From NCBI GenBank assembly GCA_963514005.1, contig OY740800.1, forward strand, positions 17,484,001 to 17,548,000: 64,000 bases of DNA, read 5' to 3'. Shown in pieces: positions 37,306-47,880 of the stretch (position 1 is its first letter; every line of letters begins with the position of its first letter). The translations under genes and the position numbers were made by a program. Origin of the DNA: Raja brachyura. Its lineage: Eukaryota. Under the pieces are notes generated by a model, which saw only the letters and a program-made list of their open reading frames with translations, was not told the DNA's origin and did no database searches.

Positions 37306-39177
37306 ACGGAGGTGAGGCGGTCTGGTTCTCTCTTTTCTCTTTGTCTAACCTCACATGTTGGTGGGCGCCTTCGGTTCTTTTTGGGTGCATGGGGTGATAT
37401 TACTGGTGATGAGTATGTGTTACGAAATGTTCAGGGTTATAGCATTGAGTTTCTTAATGGGGACATTCCTCCATCCCAGCACAGGCCTGGTCGAACATTT
37501 AAATTGTCTGCTGCAGAACAGGCAGCAGGCTATAAGGAAATTTTGAGGCTAGAACAGAAGGGAGTGATAGAGAAAATGGTTCATGAGCCCGTTGAATTTG
37601 TTTCCAATATATTCACTCGACCCAAGAAGGATGGAGGCTGTCGAGTCATCATTGACCTGACTAGTTTAAATACTTTTGTAACATATACTCATTTCAAAAT
37701 GGACACTTTTGAAACAGCCAAATCTGTATCCATTCAAAAATATTATAGGAGGTTTCTGAAATTTATCTGGATGGGTCAACTCTGGCAATATAGGGCTTTG
37801 CCAAATGGGCTTACCACAGCCCCTCGATTATTCACTAAATTGGTGAAGCCACTTATGGCTTATTTACGACAACGACATCATATAGTAATGGCCTATTTAG
37901 ATGATATCTTAATTGTGGGCCACACCCTGGAATTGGCTCAACAGGGTGTTGCAGCTGCTGTCAATTTATTTCAGCAGCTGGGGTTCATTGTCCATCCAGC
38001 CAAATCAAGGTTCTGCCCCTCCCAGGTAATTCATTATCTGGGGTTTACGGTGGACTCTATTCGCATGAGGGTCACCATACCAACTAATAAGGTTGAGGAG
38101 GTCACCCAGGTGTGTCAAGGTTTAATCAGCGCTGGTATACCATCGATTCGCCATACAGCTATAGTAATTGGCAAACTTGTAGCATTGTTTCCGGCAGCCC
38201 GATATGGGCCTTTGCATTATCAGAATTTGCAAAGGGCCAAGATCGCTGCGTTAAGACAGCACGCTGGTCATTATGATCGACCAATGCAGCTGCCGCCTGA
38301 AGCGAGGGATGAGTTACGATGGTGGGTGCGCCCCATTAGTAACTCATTTAAGCCTATTATTGAGGCTAATCCGGTGGTATACTTGCAAACTGATGCGAGC
38401 TCTTATGGCTGGGGAGCTACGGATCATTACTCTAGTTGCGGGGGCAGATGGGATACCCTTGAGGCTACTATGTTGTTGTCACAAGGGATCAACTATTTGG
38501 AGCTCCTTGCAGCATTCCACGGACTTCGTGCTTATTGTTCCAAGGTTTTTGGGGCACATGTCCGTCTCCAAATAGACAACACCACAGCGGTGGCATATTT
38601 AAACCATATGGGCGGTACCAGGTCAGTTTCGTGTGATAAATTGGCTAACTCAATTTGGCTCTGGTGTGTTCAAAGAGACATTTGGATTTCAGCTACCTAT
38701 TTGCCAGGTGAGCTTAATACTGTGGCGGACACCAGGTCACGCAAGTTTAATGACAATATTGAATGGATGTTGCATCCTGAAATTTTTGCCAAAGTCACAG
38801 CCAAATTTGGGAAACCGGATATTGACCTTTTTGCGTCACGGTTGAACCATCAGGTACCAACATACGTCTCGTGGGAACCAGATCCTGGGGCTATGGCGCT
38901 AGATGCATTCTCGCTGGACTGGGGGAATTGGTTTTTCTATGCATTCCCCCCGTATTGCCTCATCAGTCGGGTATTACGAAAGATTCAGATGGATGCAGCC
39001 AAGGGCATCCTTATTATACCCGACTGGCCTACACAGCCGTGGTATCCGGTGGTCTTTGACATGCTCAGTGAGCCTTGGGTCCTTTTGAAGGGTTGCCCAG
39101 AATTGGTTACTCACCCTGTCTCAGGGGAGCCACATCCCTGCCATGGCTCTTTAAATTTGTTGGCTTGCAGGTTTTGA
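37306..39177 (+). pseudogene. DIRS B pol: RT + RNase H + adenine-methyltransferase-like domain; open frame, but RT motif A is deleted
   Basis: Contains LPNGLTTAPRLFTK, AYLDDILI, YLGF, LQTDASSYGWGA, INYLEL, IDNTTAVAY, NTVADTRSR, DIDLFASRLN, YAFPPY and PDWPTQPW. The DLxDAY motif is absent after FKMDTFETAK. Confidence 0.9.
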
Positions 39178-40153
39178 ACAGGCCGTTAGCCCAATACGGC
39201 CTCTCAACTCGGACCATGGATACCATTGCGCGTCGTGTCGAGAGTCAACAAGGCGAAGATACCGCTCACATATCAAGAAGTAGGAAGCCTACTGCAGCCG
39301 CTCTCGCATCAGGTACGATGCCGTGACTATAACCGACGTCCTGGAATTCCTCGCGGGGTTGCACCATGATGAACACTTAAGTTACAGTGCCATCAACAGT
39401 GCCAGGAGCGCGCTGTCATTCTACCTCAAGATTGAGGTGGGATCCAACAGGCTAGAGTCCAGACTCATGCGGGGTATATTCAATATGAATCCACCTACAC
39501 CACGCTACAATATCACCTGGGATGTCAGGGACGTTTTAACCCTGCTCAGGACGTGGTCCCCCATAGAAGGGCTCCAGCTGGACAAACTCACCATGAAGCT
39601 GGTGATGTTACTAGCGCTGACTTCAGCACAGAGGGTACCGACACTGCATAAACTACGTGTCGACAGAATGATGTCTACCCCTACAGAAGTAGTCTTCTTC
39701 GTTGATGAGCTACTAAAGCAGCATAGACCTGGGTGCACAGGGCTGCAGCTGAAGTTCCCGGCATACCCTGCAGATGCTAGGCTGTGTTTAGCCTCACATA
39801 TCCGTCACTATGTCAAGGTGACGGCATGCATCAGAGGAATGGAGAGATACCTGCTTGTCACTCATAAGAGACCTCATCATCGAGTGACAGTCCAGACGAT
39901 ATCCAGGTGGCTCCGGGTCGTCTTGGGTAAGTCAGGTATCGACACTAATGTGTTCAAGTCTCATTCCACCAGGGCTGCATCGACGTCGGCGGCGAGGGTC
40001 ATGGAGGTGCCCATGGACCATATTCTCGCCACAGCAGGATGGGCTAATGAAGCTGTGTTTCAGCGATTTTATAACAAGCCTGTTGCTGCTCCTCTACAGT
40101 TCGCGGAAGCCGTGCTGAATGCAGGTCAAAAACGTGGAGGTGTCCCCGCATGA
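39171..40153 (+). pseudogene. DIRS B tyrosine recombinase (frameshift near the N-terminus)
   Basis: Catalytic residues are recognisable: R (SAQRV), HSTR, GW and Y (QRFYNK). The N-terminal VLNRPLAQYGLSTRT is in a different frame from 39323-40153. Confidence 0.9.
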
Positions 40154-40296
40154 GGGGTTTTTGATTTGTTGTTAATAAATATGCTCTTGTTTTGCAGTAT
40201 GAACTATTTGAGCAAGTTTGTTCCTCCCATCCATCCCTGCTAGTGGTGTGTCAGCATGGACGTGGTCCAGGGCGTGTAATCACAGAAGCTTTGAAG

Positions 40297-40409
40297 TCTT
40301 CACGAAGTCACTCACGTGACTCCGAAATGAAATAGTAAGATTGAACGAGAACTTACCAGTTTGAAGGTTGATCGTTATTTCATGAGGAGTCGCGGTGAGG
40401 GATTTCGTG
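40297..40409 (+). repeat. ICR of DIRS B
   Basis: Reverse complement of the left end (35380-35416) joined through AAT to the reverse complement of the right end (40554-40632). Confidence 0.95.
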
Positions 40410-41224
40410 CCCTCCACGCCCAACCCTCAATCACCTTCACCTGGTAATTTGAGTCTCTTTCATCTTACTATGCCAAGTCATTTCTGTTACTGGTTTCTGT
40501 GATTCCACACCGCTACTTTGAAGAATGTCGAGCATGCGCGCCGGCGGGCTCTTCACGAAATCCCTCACTGCGACTCCTCATGAAATAACGATCAACCTTT
40601 GAACTGGTAAGTTCTCGTTCAATCTTACTATTCCCCTACTCTGGGCAAGAGAGTCTGTGCTTCTACCCAATCTATTCCTCTCATCTGGACACATTTGTTG
40701 CAAGTGTGTGTCAGAACACTCAAAGACAGCTCCACCTACACAAAAAGATAACAGCCACTTTCACATCAGCACAGCCTCAAAGCTGGTCCATCGGAGGCCA
40801 GAATGCTTTGAATAGAATAAAGTGGTGATTCTTGTGAAAAACAACCACAGTGAATGAGCTACACCATCAGTGGCCGTGTTGAAGGTAAACAACATAGAAA
40901 AGATCAGTGGAAACTCCAAAGTTCCCTCCAAATCATGTTGTAGTTGATGAGCAATATGTTCCACCCAACGCACAGGACTTGACTTATCAACAAGATGAAA
41001 GGTGCTCACAAAATTGTAGTTTAGCCATGGCTTTGGACAATGACATTTTGACAAAAAATTATTTTACCCTAAATATGTGCCCCAATTTTCGATACCTCTG
41101 CTTCACACTGCCTATCCTATCTATACCCATCATAATTTTATTTACCTTCAATTTTCTCGCTGAAATGGGACATTTGTTTGAAGGTTGATTCAAATGGTAC
41201 ACAACAAGTGAAGGAAAGAAAGAG

Positions 41225-41372
41225 GTAGACACAAAATGCTGATGTAACTCAGCGGGCCAAGCAGCATCTCTGGAGAGAAGGAATGGGTGACGTTTTGGGT
41301 CGAGACCCTTCATCAGTCCAGCATTTTGAGTCTACCGAGTTAAACCAGCATCTGCAGTTCATTCTTACACAA
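41225..41372 (-). mobile_element. Penelope pLTR-derived repeat
   Basis: Minus strand reads GACTGATGAAGGGTCTCGACCCAAAACGTCACCC. Confidence 0.75.
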
Positions 41373-41810
41373 GGAAAGAAAGAGGCCAGCACCATGGCAT
41401 TAAAGCTTGAATATATTACACACTGAAGTTGTTAAAAGGAATGGTGCAGTATTACATTCAGGTCTTAATGATCCAATGCTCATATCATTGCTACAACTGG
41501 ATGTCAAATTGATGTAGAAAGCATATAAGACGAATACAAGTATAGATGAGCAAGCGAAGCTCTCCTTGTTCCTTATAATGTTACATCAGATTTGAAAATT
41601 GGCAATTATGCATCAAGTTGTTATTTGACGCTGTAAGCCTACATCGCAGGAAATAAAGACATTAGAATCATTGCTTCATGCACTTCACAAGGACACTGTG
41701 CAATTTTGCATAATATAAGATGGAAGCACTTGGCCTGGTGCTTGGAAACAAAACATATCACTGGTTTTTACTTGGCACAACTTTTACTCTCAGAACATAA
41801 GAAGCTTTAA

Positions 41811-42440
41811 GGGCCTGTCCCACTTAAGCAATTTTTTCGACAACTACAGGCGACATGCTGTCGCCACATGGTCGCGGGTTGATGCTTGTATGGTCGTGAG
41901 TTATCTTCTCATGTCGCCTAAAGAGTCATAACATTTTTCTTGTCGCCGCTGGATTTTGAAATGATCAAAATCTTTCTACGACTGTGGGCTTGACGTAGTT
42001 TGTCTTCTCCTGTCGTAGATGCTGTCGTAGGTTGTCGCCAGGATGACGTAGGTTGTCGCCGGGTGATGACTTCGGTGAATTCCATTAGCGACTACATACG
42101 TCAACCTACGCCAACCGGCGGCAGGTCCCAGCAACTCAATTGTCGTCAGTTGTCTTCAGTTGTCGCTGACAGGGTCGTAGCTTGTCGTAGCTTGTCGCAG
42201 GTGGACGTAGGTTGACTTTGTTGCCGTAGATTGTCGCCTGTGTGGTCATAGGTTGTTGTGGGTGTGGTCGTAGGTGGATGTCCTAATGGGTCACCGGTTG
42301 TCAGTAGCTTGCCGAAGCTTGACGTCGACTAGCTGGTAGGTTGTCATAGACATTGTCGTAGGGGGGGTCTAGTCGCTGTTTTTTTGGCGAGCTGCTATGA
42401 CTGTTTCTGTCGCCAGCAGTAGCCAAAAAAAATTGCCTAA
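41811..42440. mobile_element. PIF/Harbinger-like MITE with a GTTGTCGTAG-rich interior
   Basis: Begins GGGCCTGTCCCACTTA after TAA. The right end AAAAAATTGCCTAA mirrors the left TTAAGCAATTTTTT but is cut off by a second TIR. Confidence 0.7.
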
Positions 42441-42590
42441 AGGGCCTGTCCCACTTACACAACCTTTACAGGCGACTGCCGGCACTCGTGATAGGTTGCC
42501 GAAATTTTCAACATGTTGAAAATTCAGTGGTGACCAGAAAGACGCTACGACTCTTTGGAGACCTCTCACAACCATTGGAGATCTACAAAT
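42441..42590. mobile_element. Second Harbinger-like MITE, left end only
   Basis: AGGGCCTGTCCCACTTA begins immediately after a TAA. Confidence 0.65.
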
Positions 42591-43147
42591 CATAGATAAG
42601 ACCAAGAAAGGAGTCTATGAATACACATAGATTAAATAGTGTCCATTTTCCAGATGTGGAAGTGAAACCATTCCCCAATCACTGCATGGAATTAATCAAA
42701 TAGGGTTATTAGATAATATTTACTGCCTTGAAAGATACCATTTTGGCCAAACCTCTTATTGAATAAAACGATTAATTTGAGATCAATAGCAAGAACATTT
42801 ACTTACTGGCCTTGTTTGGATAATGACTTCAAATCAATAGTAAGCAAATGCAGTATTTGTTGGAATTGTAGAAATTAACCACCAAAAACTTGCCTGCAGC
42901 TACAGTCACAAGCTACAAGAGTCTTCAGAGAAAGGGTGAAAGGGAATAGTCTCTCAAGCTGGTTTAAAATGAAATATGCCTGTGTACAACTACAGAACAT
43001 TTAGATGTGCTTCTGTAGTGCCACACCCATTTGAATGTTGTTCTACATGAGAACCTTATTTCAGGTCCCTAGTTTTAATCTACATTGTTGACAATGTTGG
43101 TATATCAACCATAATATATTTCATTGATAACATCTGACCTCAAATGA

Positions 43148-43470
43148 GGGGGCACAGTGGCATGGCAGTAAATCTGCCTCCTTACAGTGCCAGAGACCCT
43201 GGTTCAATCCTGACTGGGGTTGCTGTCTGTACAAAGTTTGTACATTATCCCTGTGACTGCGTGGGTTTTCTCCAGATGTTCTGCATTCCTCTCACACTCC
43301 AAAGATGTACAGGTCTTTAAGTTATTTGGCTTCAGTAAAATTGTCCCTTATATGTAGGATAGTGTTAGTGTACTCCTGTATTGCTGTATAGTGTAGTATA
43401 TTGCTGGTCAGCGTGGACTATGTGGGCCGAAGCTGTTTCCGTGTTGTATCTCTAAAGTCTAAACTCTAAA
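43148..43470 (+). mobile_element. HE1/V-SINE, full length
   Basis: tRNA-like head (GGTTCAATCC B-box), V-domain, and a CR1-like tail GTGGGCCGAAG..TGTATCTCTAAAGTCTAAA. Confidence 0.85.
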
Positions 43471-45529
43471 ATTTAACTGAGAGATCATTTAAAACTGATT
43501 AAAGAAAACTCTCAAGAAGCAGGTATTGTGGGGATATTCAACCCACAACATGAAACATCACTTGAACGTTTTGTTGCTGAAGTAATGAACGCCCCACACT
43601 AACTCTGGTTCATACGAGGATTTCCAGACCTCAGTAGGACCTGTAGAACTCACGATGAAGAGAAGATTAATAGCATGATTGAGCCTGTTCAGTCAAATTT
43701 GTTTTCTACTGTTTAGCAGTAAATGTTGACTCAAAAATGGTACCTATCAGAAATAATGCAGTATCAAGCAAGATCATCTGTGGAAGGGTTAAGCCTACAA
43801 ATACTGGTTCAATGTAACGTAGCTTTATTTAATTCAGGTATTACAGGGGACTGCGCATTATGCTGCCTTGTTTCAATAAGCATACAAAATTGAGAAGCCC
43901 AATTTAAAAGTGACACTTGCAAGACAAGTTATAATTATTTAATATACATTTTTCAATTTTTTTAAAGAAAATAAATCACCGGGTAAAAACCACACAAATG
44001 GGGGAAGTGTCTTGTCAATATTTTATCTGCTCCTTCCATTTATCTCCCAGGGTCTATGATTACGTGCAATTTTGATGCCTTGAATGTAATAATTTCTGAG
44101 AGAGCTGTCTCTCCCTTGGAACTTGTCCATGCACATCAAACACATCCAAGTTGACAGATTCATAGAGTTGTAGAAATATACAGCACGGAATCAGGTGCTT
44201 CAGCCCAACTGTACCTTGGTATGCGTGACAATAAACTACACTGAATTGAACTAAAACTCATCCACGCTGATCAAGATACCCATCTAAGATAGTCCAATTT
44301 GCCTGTATTTGGTTCATATCCCTCTGAACCTTTTCTATCCATGTCCAAATTTACAAATGTATTTGAAAGTTGTTCATTTATTTGCCTCAACCATTTTTTT
44401 CTGGCAGCTTGTGCTTTGATTTTCACCTCTTTATTGGTCACCATATGATACACGGTAATATAACACAGCCATTTAAATTAATGTGTGACACTCTTCTACA
44501 TCCTGTACAATCAAGAAAATGTCTCTCAGTGAGTTTGAGGCAAAAGTGAAAACAATAGCTTGTACAACTAAATTTGATCAAAAAATGTTTTGAAGAAGAT
44601 GTGGGGGAGGAGAAGGGGATATAAGAAATGCATGATACAGGGTCGGCAAATGATTCATAAACTGATGCCCTATATCTGTTCATGTTCTACAACACACATG
44701 TCAGGAGTGTGATGGAATCTTCTCCACTTGCCTGAATGAAAAAGTAACGATGATCAAGGAAACAGTCATTGTATGGAAACAGGCCTTGTTCCACAATTTG
44801 TCCATGCTGACCAAGATATCTGTCCAAGCTAGTTCCATTTAACTGTATTTGATCCATAACCCTCAAAACAATTTTTTACCTGTACACCTGTCAAAATGTT
44901 GTTTAAACACTGTCATTTTATTTGCCTCTAACACTTCCTCTAGCTGCTCATTCCATATACCCATTGCGTTCTGTGTGCCAAAGTTTCCCTCAAGTCCCTT
45001 TTAAATCGTTCTCCTCTCACCTTTAATTCATGTCCACTAGTTTTAGACTCTCGTACCCTGGAAAAAAGACTGTGACTATTCACCTTGCCAACTCTGAAAA
45101 TTAGGTAGGATTGTTATGACATTCAACGGGCAATAATGGTTATGGCAGAGTCAATTGCAGACGTGGCCATGAACAAATATTTAAATATGACTGGTTTAGA
45201 AGGAGCATAGTAAATATACACATTATATACATTTGCTTAAGAGCTCGATAATTATTGATTGAGAGCTGGAGGGGGTGGTGGTAAATGGGTGCTAAGTCCT
45301 TGTTATACCCCTCCAACATTACTCATACTCCTGGTTACTGATGATTGAACTGACAATGCAGTTAAGGGACATGGAGAAAAAATGTTCAATGACCAGATTG
45401 TAGATAGTTTCAATGGAGGAGTAAAAGTAATATTTCAAGTGTAAGGGCAATCAGCTCTTCATTTAAAAACTAAGAAACCAAACTTGAGGTAAGGAATCTG
45501 ATTAGGTTCTCACAAGTACACTTTGTTCT

Positions 45530-46325
45530 TGATCTTGATCAGTTGGCCAGGTGGGCTGAGGAATGGTTGATGGAATTTAATACAGAGAAATGTGAGGTGT
45601 TGCATTTTGGGAAGTTTAACATGGGCAGGACCTACACATTGAATGGTAGGGTTCTGGGGAGTGTTGTAGAGCAGAGGGATCTAGTTGCATGGTTCCTTGA
45701 AGGGGGAGTGGCAGGTAGATAGGGTGGTCAAAATGGCTTTTGGCACATTGGCCATCCGTCAGAGTATTGCATATAGAAGTTGGGATGACATGTTGCAGTT
45801 GTGTAAAATGTTGGTGAGGCCGCATTTAGAGTATTGTGTTCAGTTCTGGGCACCATGTTATAGGAAAGATGTCAAGTTGAAAAGAGTACAGTGAGAATTT
45901 ATGAGGATGTTGTCAGGATTCTAGGGTCTGAGCTACAGGGAGAGGTTGAATAGGCTGGGACTATTCTTTGGAGTGCAGGAGGATGAGGGGTGATCTTATC
46001 ATCAAAGTAATAGATTGGGTGGATGCACAGTCTCTTGCCCAGATAGGTGAATCGAGGATCAGAGGACATACGTTTAAGGTAGAAAAGATTTAATATGAAT
46101 CTGAAGGGTAACTTTCACACACAAAAGGTGGTGGGTTTGGAACGAGCTGCCAGAGGAGATAGTTGAGGCAGGGACTAGCACAACATTTAATAAATAGTTA
46201 TATAGGTACATGGTTAGGACAGGCTAGGAGGGATATGGACCAAATGCGGGCAGGTGGGAGGGACTAATGTAGTTGGGACATGTTGGCCGGTGTAGGCAAG
46301 TTGGGCCGAAGGGCCTGTTTCTTAT
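45530..46325 (+). mobile_element. CR1 LINE 3' part
   Basis: ORF 45685-45894 gives LVRPHLEYCVQFWAPCYRKDV, followed by a GGGCCGAAGGGCCTGTTTC tail. Confidence 0.85.
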
Positions 46326-46359
46326 CATATGATTCTATTATTATTTCTAAATCCATCAC

Positions 46360-47232
46360 TGAATGCCCGAGACCCTGGTTCAATCCTGATCTTAGGTACT
46401 GTCTGTGTGGAGTTTGTACGTTTTCCGTGTAAGCATGTATGTTTCCTTTGAGTGCTCTGGTTTAAATGAATGAATAAGTTTATTGGCCAAGTATTCACAT
46501 ACAAGGAATTTGCCTTGGTGTTCCGCCCGCAAGTGACACCATGGCATACAGTGACAGTTAGGAATGATACATAAAACATTAAAAGATTAATAATAACACA
46601 TTATTGATTAAGCATAAGAATTATATAAAATACCAGAGCAAAAGGAGGTTACAGATTTTTGGTTATTGAGTAGAGCTACTACCCGTGGGGAAAAAAAAGC
46701 TGTTTTTATGTCTGGCTGTGGCAGCTTTGACAGTCCGGAGTCGCCTTCCAGAATGAAGTGATTCAAAGAGTTTGTAGTTGAGTGAGAGGGGTCAGAGATG
46801 ATCTTACGCACTCGCTTCCTGACCCTTGCAGTGTACAGTTTGTCAATGGAGGGAAGGTTGCAGCCAATAACCTTCTGAGCTGCAGCCTCCGGATGTCATA
46901 GTTGGTGGCTGAGCCAAACCAGACCATGATGGAGAAGGTGAGGACAGACTCTACGATGGCCGTATACAATTGGACCATCATTGCCTGTGGCAGATTGTGC
47001 TTCCTCAGCTGACGCAAGAAGAACATCCTCCGTTGTGCCTTTTTGACTCCATATTTTCCTCCTACTTCCCAAGGTTTGTAGGTTAATTGGCCTCTGTAAA
47101 TCGCTCCTTTGCAAATTGCCTCTTTGTATGTAGGGAGTGAATGAAAAAATGGGGTTATATTGAACTAGTGTAAATGGATGATCGATGCTTGTCATGGACC
47201 CTGTAGCCTGAAGGGTCTGTTTCCATGCTAAA
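46360..47232 (+). mobile_element. HE1 SINE split by an antisense Rex1/Babar insertion (about 46463-47035)
   Basis: SINE 5' part at 46360-46462 and 3' part at 47050-47232. The insert ORF 46763-47026 reads FFLRQLRKHNLPQAMMVQ.YTAIVESVLTFSI.VWFGS (Rex1-type C-terminus). Confidence 0.75.
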
Positions 47233-47454
47233 GTAAACTCAACTGAATGAATCATTTATCTGAATTTAAATTGAAGCTGCAGTAAGATTTGAGCGCATAT
47301 CTCAGATTTCCATGTGTCAGAATGATAATACCCTAATATTTTCTACAAACTCTAAAATAAGAGAGGAGGATCTGATGAACTTGGGAGTGCACTTGCAGTA
47401 ACACTTTGAGAACTACATTGACAATAATTAACCAATAGGGGGAGAAACTGTAAA

Positions 47455-47880
47455 ATAAAGGGACTGCAGATGCTGGTTAATAGCAAAGATCGACACAAAA
47501 TGCTGGAGTAAATCGGCGGTTTAGGCAGCATCTCTGGAGAAAATGGATAGGTAACGTTTCGGGTCGGGACGTGAAACGTCACCTATCCATTTTCTCTCGG
47601 AGAGAAACTGTTATATTTATGGAATTTGTTAGTGGCTGACAGAAAATGTGAGTAGATAGACAAAAAATGCTGGAGTAACTCAGCAGGACAGGCAGCATCT
47701 GTGGATAGAAGGAACGGGTGACGTTTCGGGTCAAGACCCTTCTCCAGTCTGAAGAAGGGTTTCGACCCAAAACGTCACCCATCCCTTCTATCCGCAGATG
47801 CTGCCAGTTCCGCTGAGTTGTTCCAGCATTTTGTGTCCATCTTCGGTGTAAATCAACATCTGCAGTTCCTTCCTACAGGA
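47455..47880. mobile_element. Two adjacent palindromic Penelope pLTR-derived units
   Basis: 47655-47845 is an imperfect palindrome centred on CCAGTCTGA (about 47747). 47455-47600 is a centrally deleted version. Confidence 0.8.

Larger units (their letters stand above)
35380..40632 (+). mobile_element. DIRS1-type retrotransposon B, full length (about 5.25 kb), inserted into a CR1 3' fragment
   Basis: ITR TTCGTGAAGAGCCCGCCGGCGCGCATGCTCGACA (35407-35440) is inverted at 40526-40559. ICR at 40297-40409. ATT at both ends. The flanks rejoin as CR1 sequence TGATTCTCA-ATT-CCCCTACTCTGGGCAAGAG. Confidence 0.95.

Noticed and set aside
37225-40153. Domesticated host gene, or a prokaryotic/phage integrase-methylase insertion
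   Set aside because: The ORFs lie within intact DIRS termini and ICR, and carry frameshifts and a catalytic deletion. YR and MT domains are normal DIRS components.
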